A stretch of DNA of 64,000 nt from the NCBI GenBank assembly GCA_965262915.1, contig OZ253564.1, forward strand, positions 1,248,001 through 1,312,000. Direction: 5' to 3'. Source of the DNA: Candidatus Spongiisociaceae bacterium (GTDB lineage Bacteria > Actinomycetota > Acidimicrobiia > Spongiisociales > Spongiisociaceae). This document shows, in pieces, positions 10,301 through 19,041 of this stretch. Numbering within the stretch: the stretch's first letter is position 1; each line of letters opens with the position of its first letter. The notes under the pieces are model-generated. The model did not search any database, had not been told where the DNA came from, and saw only the letters and a program-made list of their open reading frames with translations. A program made the translations under genes and the position numbers.

Positions 10301-12235
10301 GCCGAACTCGCCGCCGACGCCGAAGCCGACGAAGCCGCACGGGCGTGGGAAGACGCCCTGTTCGACCACATCGAAAACGGCGGCGAAATCGCAGACCTGA
10401 TCCCCGCCCACACCGACCCCCACCACTGGATCCCCGACGACGACGCCGGATACGACAGCCCCCCACCGCCCGACCTCGACGACGACGGCCCCGACACGGT
10501 GACGGCCACACCGGACCAGTACCCGCCCGCCCTGGACCCGGCGCAAGTCGAAGCGGTGATCGAGCGGGTGATCGACCACTGGGGAGCCGACCACTTCGAG
10601 CCTTACCTGACCCTCGCCGACGGCTGGGCGAACACACCACCGCCCGACCCCCGCAACGACCCCGGCCCCCTCGTCGCCCTCGCCGGCCTCTACCAACAAG
10701 CCCGCCACGCCGGAGACGACCCGCTGGCCAACCGGGCCGGAGCGCTCATGGCCGCAGTAGCCGACCCCACCCTGCGCGACACCCTCACCCCCCACACCAG
10801 CCACCGGCTCGCAGACGCCGACCGTCGCTGGGCCGCAGCCGTCCGCTCCCACCTCCGCGCTTGGCGAGCCGAAAGGTGGGCGCCGGTCCTCGACGCTCTC
10901 GACCAAGCCCGCAGCCAGCTCCGCGCCAGCATCCCCCAAAGCGGAGCCGTCACCGCCCCCGCAGCCGCCGGCCACGACCGCACGCACTGGCACCAGGCCG
11001 TAGCCGCCTGGATCGACGACGGAGCCGCCGCCCCACGGCTCGCCGCTGTCTGGCACACCACCAACCGGCGCACCGCCCAGACCCTCGCCGGCCTCCGCCC
11101 CCCACCCGTTTCCCGCGGAAACGGAGACACAGAAGCCCCCTGGCGGAACGTGCCCACCCCCGACGGGCCGGCACCCACTCGCCTACCCGCCGGGCTGCCC
11201 CCCATCCAACCGTCCTCCCAGCCCGCTCCCGCCCACCGCCCCGACGACGGCCACGACCACCTCCGCCGGGTGCTGGGGCGCAGCGCCGACTACTACCACC
11301 AACAGCTCCTCACCGTCCCCGCAGCCGAACCCGCCCGCCGCTACCTCACCGAGCGGGGAATCGAACCCGCCGATTGGGCCAAATGGCAGCTCGGCTGGGC
11401 CCCCGACCAATGGCGTGGACTGTGCAACCGGCTCGGAGACGACCAAGCAGCCGTCGACGCCGGTGTGGCCAACACCCGACGGGGCCGCACCTACGACGTC
11501 CTCCGAGGCCGGGTTGTCTTCCCCATCCGCGACACAGCCGGAGACGTGATCGCCCTCGCCGGGCGAACACTCCCAGGAACCGACGCCGGACAGCCCAAGT
11601 ACCTCAACACCCGCACCACCGCCCTCTACCACAAAACCGACACCCTCTACGGCATCCACGAAGCCGCCGACAGCATCCGCAGCACCGCAACAGCCGGAAT
11701 CGTCGAGGGATACACCGACGCCATCGCCGCCCACCGGGCCGGGCTCACCAACGTCGTCGCCACCGGCGGAACCGCCTTCACCCAAAGCCACCTGCAACGC
11801 ATCATCGACGCCGGCGCCCACCACCTGATCGCCGGGTTCGACGGCGACGCCCCCGGCCAAACCTCCCAACAGAAAGTCACCGACCAAGCCCACCAGGCTG
11901 GGATCCCCACCACGTCTGTGACGTTCCCCACCGGAACAGACCCAGCCAGCCTCGGACCCGACGCGCTGCTCGACCACTGGCAGGCAGGCCTCCCCCAACC
12001 GTGGACGCATATCCAACAGCACCTCGGCGGCGGAGACGTACACACCCGAGCACGAGGACACCGACACATCGCCGCCGCCTACCACAACACCGACCCCACA
12101 CTCGCCAACCTCGCCGCCCACCAAGCCCTCACCCACACCTACGGAGCCACCCCCCACACCCTCACCGCCTGGCACCAGCCCCTCACCACCACCCCACAGC
12201 GCAGCCGCCGCTCCGGCCCCGGCATCGGACTCTAG
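7397..12235 (+). CDS. mobF: MOBF (TrwC) relaxase - RecD-like helicase - DnaG Toprim primase fusion
   Basis: N-terminal YY pairs, APPKSVS, HUH motif DPHVHAH; GPAGAGKT, IVDEAGQ, LYVGMTRGR; primase motifs PKYLNT, VEGYTD, FDGDAPG. Confidence 0.92.
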   Translation: MSVSIYKVGVEHVAYYMGCKGHGGHSAGAAGGGRRPAGASPVGGAEGIPAGGSPAGGSAAVVGAGGGGGAPVGGVPLVGYYTGRDGELAGRWAAGGSMSVAVGAPVTPQQLTASLSAVDPESGERLGRRYTPGGTYVDRLGVTRRRRKFSAYDMVYAPPKSVSAAWALADPATRKQVEAAWDRSVGAVVGFVQTEAVASRSGTNGVRREEVPAGATIARFDHWTSRAADPHVHAHLLVHNRVQCSDGKWRTLDGRLLYHNAAAASAVGGAVLRAELSRRLGWSWDRVGDHWHAELAGSPRRLIAQWSTRRRQIDRAAQAKIRRFETDQQREPTPAERAELWARAQRSTRPSKQDDPDPHTRWHREAEALGVDPAQVTASYQTARRREPDGYDRAELVLSRGGQAAPTVVADAVVAQLEQLGQASRGLSRPDILRTLWATLNAGAALDGQDIDVEAELGRLADELWERATSRLVERDGRWYSTGLASAEVAAVSWLASDAQPAAAAAAEVDTAGLGGDQAAAVDTILAATTRGVVVLGPAGAGKTEMLSRVAAAVGADRVLAVAPTAEAAANLGAALGVVGETAARAALSDDQVPRGGWVIVDEAGQLDTRTLAALAGRAAAADARMILVGDTAQQGSVGAGGVFAALADRPDLVPGAVLSELWRFCDRDEARATVGLRSGNVDALAYHTERGRVHDSTEAELPAVAAGWWAARRDQDTIITAPTRRLVADINSAIAAHRHRAGETGPAVRGEGDATIRVGDTVTTRRNNRRIVASDGGWIRNGDRWEVTGTTPDGQITARRLDRSATVTLPNRYTTEHLQLGYATTQTRVQSLTVDAALCAVTHASRRDQLYVGMTRGRGENHLLVVTDQPQHDEDTPPDHLPPDHIIRTVMSRGGSHPLSVPAGSFTVTPQVAAAHLHKISDTPHRAPLPDLTNVDTRRILTHGITAQTGGVEAEALIGGAIGAWLDAELAADAEADEAARAWEDALFDHIENGGEIADLIPAHTDPHHWIPDDDAGYDSPPPPDLDDDGPDTVTATPDQYPPALDPAQVEAVIERVIDHWGADHFEPYLTLADGWANTPPPDPRNDPGPLVALAGLYQQARHAGDDPLANRAGALMAAVADPTLRDTLTPHTSHRLADADRRWAAAVRSHLRAWRAERWAPVLDALDQARSQLRASIPQSGAVTAPAAAGHDRTHWHQAVAAWIDDGAAAPRLAAVWHTTNRRTAQTLAGLRPPPVSRGNGDTEAPWRNVPTPDGPAPTRLPAGLPPIQPSSQPAPAHRPDDGHDHLRRVLGRSADYYHQQLLTVPAAEPARRYLTERGIEPADWAKWQLGWAPDQWRGLCNRLGDDQAAVDAGVANTRRGRTYDVLRGRVVFPIRDTAGDVIALAGRTLPGTDAGQPKYLNTRTTALYHKTDTLYGIHEAADSIRSTATAGIVEGYTDAIAAHRAGLTNVVATGGTAFTQSHLQRIIDAGAHHLIAGFDGDAPGQTSQQKVTDQAHQAGIPTTSVTFPTGTDPASLGPDALLDHWQAGLPQPWTHIQQHLGGGDVHTRARGHRHIAAAYHNTDPTLANLAAHQALTHTYGATPHTLTAWHQPLTTTPQRSRRSGPGIGL

Positions 12236-12294
12236 ATGTTTCGAGCCGCCAGTTTCGGGCGGAAACACCCCACAAACGGGAGGGGGCTCAGCTC

Positions 12295-12465
12295 GTGCAG
12301 CCCTTCTCGTCGCCAGCGGGTCCGGACGCCGCCGAGTTGGAGGAGTGGATCGTCAAATCGCACCGGGCAGGGTGGGGATACGGCCGGATCGCAGCGGCTA
12401 CCGGCCAGCACCGCACCCAAGTAGCCCGGATCGTCGCCCGGAACCGGCCACCCGAAGGCTCCTAA
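12295..12465 (+). CDS. Small helix-turn-helix protein (56 aa)
   Basis: GGAGGG RBS, GTG start; AGWGYGRIAAATGQHRTQVARIV fits an HTH pattern. Confidence 0.5.
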   Translation: MQPFSSPAGPDAAELEEWIVKSHRAGWGYGRIAAATGQHRTQVARIVARNRPPEGS

Positions 12466-12662
12466 TCCTCGACCCGACGCCGCATCTCAACCAGTACCTG
12501 AGGGTTTTCGGTGTGCACCGCTGCTGACCTGGGGGTTTGTAGGTTGCATGTTGGCGGTCCGCTGGACCCGGACACCGGGGTCACTCGGCTGGACCGTCCG
12601 GCCGTGGCGGATCGTCGGTCATGACTGGTTCCGTCGGGCGTCCCGCAGGGTTGAGTGGATCG

Positions 12663-12883
12663 GTGACACGGGCCGTCTCCGGCAGGTCACCACATGCGGC
12701 CGCTTGTCCGGAAACACGGGATCTCGTCTACTAGCCCGGTCTCCGCTGACCATCGTCGACCAGTATTATCCGCCGCATATTCGACCGTGTTATGCACGCC
12801 ACCGGCCGCCGACCGCCGGAAACCCCCATCTACCTGGGGAAACGCCGCGGGGGCAGCTTTACATAATGTTTATTATCGGACAA
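12663..12883 (-). repeat. Left arm of a diverged ~220-bp inverted repeat
   Basis: Aligns to the reverse complement of 14059-14291; 12725-12760 matches 14192-14227 at 34/36. Confidence 0.85.
12856..12883 (-). other. dif-like XerC/XerD site (left)
   Basis: Minus strand reads TTGTCCGATAA-TAAACA-TTATGTAAAGC, the 11-6-11 dif architecture with ATAA/TTAT inner ends. Confidence 0.75.
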
Positions 12884-13145
12884 CGGCCTACCCGGCATCA
12901 GCCTCCGGAGAAGGCGTCGGGGGGAGGGACCTGGGACGGGGACCTATGGCACCCCTCCTGTCCGGGGAAGACCCGACTTTGTTAACTTGGGTAGCGCCCC
13001 GCGTTGAGGACAGCTTCCTGACACAGACCCCAGCGAGGTCGGGACGGCTCCGGAGCTAGGGTTCAACCCTTAAAGGGGCCTGAAGCGACTCCGAGCAGGC
13101 TGGCACCCCTAAAGGAGTTAGGTTCTTGAAGGATGGGAGATCAAG

Positions 13146-13814
13146 TTGGACACTTTAGGCACTCTTCTCGTCCTACTGGGGTTGTTATCGTTCCTTCTCG
13201 GCCTTGTCAACGTCATCTACCCGATCAAGGCGCTGCGGATCCCGCGGTCGCGTGCTCTGTTGATTGTGGCCGCTTCCTTTGGTGTTCTCATCGTTGGTAG
13301 CATCGTCGGTAGCGACACCGGGAGCAATCAGTCCCCAACTAGTGCTCAACCTCGTTCCGAGGCAACGACTACTACGACGACGCGCATCGCCACAACAACT
13401 ACAACGACTACTAAGCCTCCCCCTAAGCGAGCGGGCATCGGCGACCCGGTACGGGATGGCAAGTTTGAGTTTGTTGTTATCGATGTAGAACAGCCGGGCA
13501 AGATCCTCGGGTCTGGAGGGCTAGAGGATGAGGCACTCGGTACGTGGCTTATTGCTCGGATAAAGGTAACGAATGTCAGCGACGAAGCACAGTCCTTCTT
13601 CGCAGGTAATCAAAAACTCACATTAGGCGCAGCTACATATGATGCTGCCTCTTTTACCTGGAGCGGCACCGCCTTAGAGGACCTAAATCCGGGACTGAGC
13701 TTTGAGGCGATAGTGCCCTTCGATGTTCCCGAAAGCTTCCCGCGAGATGGAACTGGAGCGGTACTGACACTACATGATTCAGCGTTGTCGGGCGGTGTGG
13801 AGGTCTGGCTCTAA
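13146..13814 (+). CDS. Membrane-anchored DUF4352 protein, Mpr-like
   Basis: Two N-terminal hydrophobic helices, Thr-rich linker, then GIGDPVRDGKFEFVV, LNPG and FDVP motifs. Confidence 0.75.
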   Translation: MDTLGTLLVLLGLLSFLLGLVNVIYPIKALRIPRSRALLIVAASFGVLIVGSIVGSDTGSNQSPTSAQPRSEATTTTTTRIATTTTTTTKPPPKRAGIGDPVRDGKFEFVVIDVEQPGKILGSGGLEDEALGTWLIARIKVTNVSDEAQSFFAGNQKLTLGAATYDAASFTWSGTALEDLNPGLSFEAIVPFDVPESFPRDGTGAVLTLHDSALSGGVEVWL

Positions 13815-14058
13815 ACACGCCTGATTGGGGCAAACGCTTCCTCACCGCCGCCGGGCAGCCACACGCCGAATCCGGGACATCACCCACGCTGGGCGAGGAT
13901 CTGGACGGGGAACTGTGGCCGGCTGTCATAGGTCGCCCGGCCTGCCTAACACTCTCTTGAGCCCCTCCAGCGGAGGGGTAGTCCGTTGATGCAGCGCAGC
14001 GTGCAGCCCGGTAGCCGGCTACCAAGACCAACGGGGCGGACACCGGCGGGGGAACGTG

Positions 14059-14086
14059 ATGTCCGATAAAAGACATCATGACAAGC
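14059..14086 (+). other. dif-like XerC/XerD site (right, more degenerate)
   Basis: ATGTCCGATAA-AAGACA-TCATGACAAGC; occupies the same position in the repeat as the left site. Confidence 0.6.
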
Positions 14087-14291
14087 TGGGCCCGCAGCGT
14101 CTCCCCAGGTAGAAGCCGGTTTCCGGAAACCAGCAGCCGGGCCGTGCATAAACCCGCCCGGCCACGTTTGGATATACACCACACAGCGCTAGTCAACGAT
14201 GGTCAGCGGAGACCGGGCCAGTAGACGAACTCCCGGCGTTTCCGGGCATTCGGCCGCACCTGGCGACCTGCCGGAGTCGGTCCGGCGTCAC
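14059..14291 (+). repeat. Right arm of the ~220-bp inverted repeat
   Basis: Reverse-complement similarity to 12663-12883. Confidence 0.85.
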
Positions 14292-14339
14292 GTCGCCGCA
14301 TGATGTCACGGACGGCACATTTGAGCCTTGTGATCGGGT

Positions 14340-15296
14340 TCATTCTCTGAATTGGAACCACGGACCGGGCAGGGGCGGCTTGTCGTCTTGTGGTACGTCG
14401 CCGAACATGACGGCGATGCCGGACAGGTACAGGTCGCGTCGGTCGAGGGTGGTTCCGTTGGCGAGCCTCACATTGCCGTCGTCGTCAACGAGGGTTTGTT
14501 CCATGAATGCCATGCGGTCCGGTATCGGCGTACCGTTGGCAGGATGCCTGAATGGAGTCTTCGCCCAGACTCCGTTGTCGAAGGCAACACAGATGCCGTG
14601 GGCGCTGGTGCCGTCGTCGTCCGCTCCGATGAACACGATGCGCAGCGAGACGATTTCGAGGGTTTCCCGTTCCTCCAGTGCGCTGCGCATCTGGGGGTAC
14701 ACGAACCACCTGGCTGCAGCTCCGGATATGAACCCGCCCATCAGGTTCATGAGGTTCATGTGGTTGAGGAAGTCAAGCACGTGACCCATCGTGAGAATCA
14801 TCGGATCGCCTGGCTCGAACCATCTGAGGACAGTGCACTTGCCGGTCTCTTGGGCGCTCGCGATGCCAGCGTGGTGCACGAGATCGTTTCTGATGTGCCT
14901 CAGATCGCCCCAGGGGTTGGCTCGTGGGCGAATCGCGTCATTGGCAGCAATGCTCGCTTTCATGACGTTGCGTAGATCGCTTTCCCAGACGATGTTGTAC
15001 GTTTCCTCGATCCAGGCTTTGAATGCGAGTTGCTCGGCTTCGCCCTCGCGCCCCAAGACCTCGTTGAGGTCGAAGCCCGGACCGTTGTCCACCAGCGGGA
15101 TATCCACATAGGAGAGTTCCGGCGGACAGACTGCCCCGTGGCGGCTGTTCGGCGGAACTCTGTTGTATGTGGGCAGAATCCGCCCTCGGACCAGTTCCAT
15201 GCCCTGGAGCAGATACATGAGCGATGCAGTCGCATGCAGGGTCTTGTAGTTCAGCAGATTCCCGATTTGGCTTCGGTCGGGCTGGTCATCGGTCAT
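14340..15296 (-). CDS. Hypothetical protein with HEPN-like Rx4H motif
   Basis: Long ORF with protein-like composition; LRHIRNDLVH. Start uncertain (15296 or 15317). Confidence 0.6.
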   Translation of the reverse strand: MTDDQPDRSQIGNLLNYKTLHATASLMYLLQGMELVRGRILPTYNRVPPNSRHGAVCPPELSYVDIPLVDNGPGFDLNEVLGREGEAEQLAFKAWIEETYNIVWESDLRNVMKASIAANDAIRPRANPWGDLRHIRNDLVHHAGIASAQETGKCTVLRWFEPGDPMILTMGHVLDFLNHMNLMNLMGGFISGAAARWFVYPQMRSALEERETLEIVSLRIVFIGADDDGTSAHGICVAFDNGVWAKTPFRHPANGTPIPDRMAFMEQTLVDDDGNVRLANGTTLDRRDLYLSGIAVMFGDVPQDDKPPLPGPWFQFRE

Positions 15297-15517
15297 GTGG
15301 GGGAGGCTGGGAAGCACCGCTTGCGAGTATCAACTTGAGCAAACCGCCGATCGCTCAAGCATCCGCACCGTCTACCGTTCCGATTTCGATGCCGGCGCCG
15401 AGACTCGACAGCCTAGACACAATGACAGTTCAGGTGACTGCCGGGGCGTGCGGTTGTGGGCTTTGAGGTCCGACCGAGTGTTGGGGTGTGGGTGCCCGAA
15501 AATGGTGTCGTGGCTGG

Positions 15518-15722
15518 TCAGGCGGCATGTTTGTATTCGTTGATGAGGCCATCGCAGCGGGTCGTTCGGACGAGTCGAAGGGGTAGCGGGTGGTCAGTCG
15601 TGTTGTTGTCGGGGGTGGTGTGTCGGGGTGGTCGCTGGGTTAGCGATTCGCTGGGGCCGGTGGAAGTTGTAGTGCGCGATGTAGTCGATCGCGAGCCGCT
15701 GGAGCTGGCGTTGGTACCAGAT
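15518..15722 (-). pseudogene. Integrase-core (DDE) transposase C-terminal remnant
   Basis: RTTRCDGLINEYKHAA* resembles the C-terminus of actinobacterial rve-type transposases. Confidence 0.55.
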
Positions 15723-16694
15723 CCCCGACCCCCAAAGGCCCCCAGCGGAAGGGTACTCCGCTGCCCACAACGGTTAACGCCCTGGTCGGGGTACGACTTA
15801 GAGCCGGGCCAGGTGCTCAAGTCCCACATGCCGTCCCACTCCCCCCCGGAATACCCGGCGCAGGCCACGGGGCTAGATCGTCTCGACCTTCAGCCATTTA
15901 CCCGTCTTGCATAGCATGGTCCCTGCCTCAACGAAGGGACCACCACGAATGGGCGAAGAGTCAACCACCGCCACCGAGCAGCGGGTGTGGATCATCCACC
16001 CAGTGATGCTGGCCCAGCCGTTCCTAATTTTCGGCATGTTGGGCCTCGCCCTCACCACATAAGACGAGGCACCGCCACGGCCGGCTAAATGAGGTGATGG
16101 GATGTTTTCGGGGCTGGCTTACTACTGGTATCCGCAAGCATGAGGCAGGCACGGTGTGCGCGACACCCCCCGCTGCGACCGTTCGATACTGGACCCGGTC
16201 CGTAACTTGTAGGTTTCAGCGCAGCCCGCTCTGAACGTCCGGACGGCATGTCACCGCCTGCGCCTTCCCGGATGATCCGCCAAGACACAGCCAGGTCACC
16301 CGACCAGCGTCTGCTGCCAGGGCTCCGAACTGGGAGGGTCGACGGGCGGGCCGTGCGATGGTTCGTAACGGCCCCTCCCCCTCAACGAATCGAGAGGGTC
16401 GAGGCCCTGGCCCGTTTCCGTCGGGAACGGCCCCGAATCGGCCCTGAGATTGTTAACCAACGTACCTACAGGGCTAGGAGCCGTGTTACGAACTGGGAGA
16501 ACCCCGCTATGGCTCAGACAGCCTGGCCGCTCTGGTTTGCATCTTCTTTTCTTGGGCCTGGGCGGTGGTGTTGACATTGCGGTTCTGTTTCCCCCCGAAA
16601 GGTGGGGGAAGCGGCATTTGTCGCCGTTCCCCATCGTCACCTCCTCTCACAGCGGAGGGGTAGCCTGACAGGGCGGTCTGTTCCCTGAACGTTC

Positions 16695-16898
16695 TTGACA
16701 GAGCAAGTGCAGGGTGCTGTCGTGAGACGCGATATGTCTGGTGCCGAATCGTCTCGTCCCTCTGAGCAGTCTCCCGTCTGCCCACGTTGCGGCAGCACGA
16801 TGGTGTACCGGACCGCCCGCCGCCGGCCAGCGCCAGGGAAACCAGTTCTGGGAATGCTCAACGCCCCCACAGCCGATTTGGCCCGGCCATGTCCTTGA
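16695..16898 (+). pseudogene. Topoisomerase-type C4 zinc-finger remnant
   Basis: CPRCGSTMVYRTARR continues after a frameshift as GNQFWECS. Confidence 0.5.
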
Positions 16899-17090
16899 GT
16901 CCGGGGGTCAAGGCTTCGGTGCTGCTGAACCCGGTCTCTTTCAGCCGACAAGCGCCGCGGTTGCGAGCCGGTCCCCAACCCAGCCGCCGAGGTCGATCTG
17001 CGCCGTCAGTTCCGAGACCGCAGAGCGATGCTGCCCGCGTTCACCGACCCTGCACAAGCTAAGTCGAGGATAACTCCGGAAGGACATACC

Positions 17091-19037
17091 ATGGACAAGT
17101 TGAAGATGCACTCACCCTATCTGACCGAGTGGAGCATAGACAAGATCGCCGAGTTGTTCCCTACGGTCATCACCGAGACGCTCGACGACACCGGCCACCC
17201 GATCCGGGCCATCGACTTTGACCTGCTTCGTCAGGAACTGTGCAACCACATCGTAGAGGGGCCACAGGAACGCTATCAGCTTGACTGGCCCGGCAAGCGC
17301 AAGGCTCTTCTCGCAGCGAACGCCCCGATCGCGAAGACGCTACGTCCGGTCCGCGAGAAATCCGTCGACTTCGATATCACGCAGAACCTATTCATCGAGG
17401 GCGACAATCTCGACGCCCTCAAGCTCTTGCAAGAGTCGTATCTCAGCAAGGTCAAGCTCATCTACATCGATCCGCCGTACAATACGGGCAAGGACCTCAT
17501 ATACGACGATAGATTTGCCGGATCAACCCACGAGTATCTGGCAAAGTCTCGGCAAGTTGACGATGCTGGGAGGCGTCTGGTAGCCAACACGGATTCCAAC
17601 GGACGCTTCCACTCAGACTGGCTGAGCATGATCTATCCACGACTGAAGCTCGCACGGAATCTCCTATCCGAGGACGGAGTGCTCCTCGTGTCGATCAACG
17701 ATGTTGAAGCAGGCAATCTTAAGAAGCTTGCCGCGGAAGTGTTTGGAGAAGCGAACTTTATCGCTCAGTTCGTGTGGCTCAACGATGGCAACGTCGACCA
17801 GCAAAGCAAAGTAAAAGGCGTACACGAATATATACTCGCCTTTGCTCGGACCATCGAGAACTTCCAGCGCCCAATCGTGATCGATCCGAACATCAACGAA
17901 GCCAGCAAACTGTACCGGAAGACGATCGAAAACTCAATCACAAAGAATGGACCGGCCAATCCTCCATCAGTAGTGACGTTGCCCGTCGGGTTCCCGGCCG
18001 GATTCTCTAACGGCCGCGTCCGGCCACGAGTTGACAAGTTCCCACATATACTTGATGAGATCTTGGTCAGAGACGGGTTGCTCGTACAGCCAGCGAGATT
18101 GCGAAGTGGCTGGAGTTCACGACAACTACTTGATCAGTTCATTAATTGCGGATGTACGCCGATTCAGGATACCGCGGGCAGAGAGACATGGTTCGAACTT
18201 CGTGATAGCGGCGCGATCTATGGACTGAAGAAGCGGGCCGACGATCAGGGTCATGTGCTGTCAGTATTGCGTAATATGGGAACGACGAAGCAGAACAGCT
18301 CGATGCTCCGAGCGTGGGGCCTGAAGTTCTCATACCCAAAGCCGGTATTCCTAATCGAATACCTAATCAGGGTCTTCACCCGGCCAAGAGACGGTGAGAT
18401 CGTAATGGACTACTTCTCCGGCTCTGCAACGACAGCTCATGCGGTAATGGCCGCGAACGCTCACGATGGCGGAGACCGGAGGCACATACAGGTTCAGTTT
18501 CCTGAACTCATAGAGAGAAGCGAAGACCACCGCGATGAAACCATCGCGGACCTTGCTAGGCGCCGGATGGTTGCAGCTGGAGAGTCAATTCAGGCAGAGT
18601 GTACCCGAAACACTGGTGAGTCCACACTGGATACAGGATTCCGATTCCTGAGGATTGACACGACCAACATGACGGACGTGCTGCGCACGCCTGACTCGAT
18701 CGACCAGAGCGAGTTGGCCCTTTATATGGAGAGCGTGAAGCGGGGCCGAACCGGTGAGGACTTGCTGTTCCAAGTACTCCTCGACTGGGGCCTGGAGCTC
18801 AGCATGTCCATCGCGGTCGAGCAGATAGACACGCACGAGGTGTTCGTCGTCGAGGATAGGGTACTCGTCGCCTGCTTCGACAACGAGGTGAGTCCAGCCT
18901 TGGTGCGCGAGATCGCAGAGCGGGAACCACAGCGTGCAGTGTTCCGTGACTCTGGATTCGTGTCGGACGCCGACCGTATCAACGCCAAGCAGGTATTCGC
19001 CGAGGTGTCCCCCTCTACCGACGTCAAGGTGATCTGA
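17091..19037 (+). CDS. mod: Type III restriction-modification methyltransferase
   Basis: NLFIEGDNL, IYIDPPYNTG, FSYPKP, DYFSGSATT; RBS GGAAGGA before ATG 17091. Confidence 0.95.
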   Translation: MDKLKMHSPYLTEWSIDKIAELFPTVITETLDDTGHPIRAIDFDLLRQELCNHIVEGPQERYQLDWPGKRKALLAANAPIAKTLRPVREKSVDFDITQNLFIEGDNLDALKLLQESYLSKVKLIYIDPPYNTGKDLIYDDRFAGSTHEYLAKSRQVDDAGRRLVANTDSNGRFHSDWLSMIYPRLKLARNLLSEDGVLLVSINDVEAGNLKKLAAEVFGEANFIAQFVWLNDGNVDQQSKVKGVHEYILAFARTIENFQRPIVIDPNINEASKLYRKTIENSITKNGPANPPSVVTLPVGFPAGFSNGRVRPRVDKFPHILDEILVRDGLLVQPARLRSGWSSRQLLDQFINCGCTPIQDTAGRETWFELRDSGAIYGLKKRADDQGHVLSVLRNMGTTKQNSSMLRAWGLKFSYPKPVFLIEYLIRVFTRPRDGEIVMDYFSGSATTAHAVMAANAHDGGDRRHIQVQFPELIERSEDHRDETIADLARRRMVAAGESIQAECTRNTGESTLDTGFRFLRIDTTNMTDVLRTPDSIDQSELALYMESVKRGRTGEDLLFQVLLDWGLELSMSIAVEQIDTHEVFVVEDRVLVACFDNEVSPALVREIAEREPQRAVFRDSGFVSDADRINAKQVFAEVSPSTDVKVI

Positions 19038-19041
19038 GGCA

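Noticed and set aside
9913-12294. 850-aa Arg/Pro-rich ORF overlapping the relaxase
   Set aside because: Alternate-frame shadow of a GC-rich gene; only its last 56 codons (12295-12465) look like a real protein.
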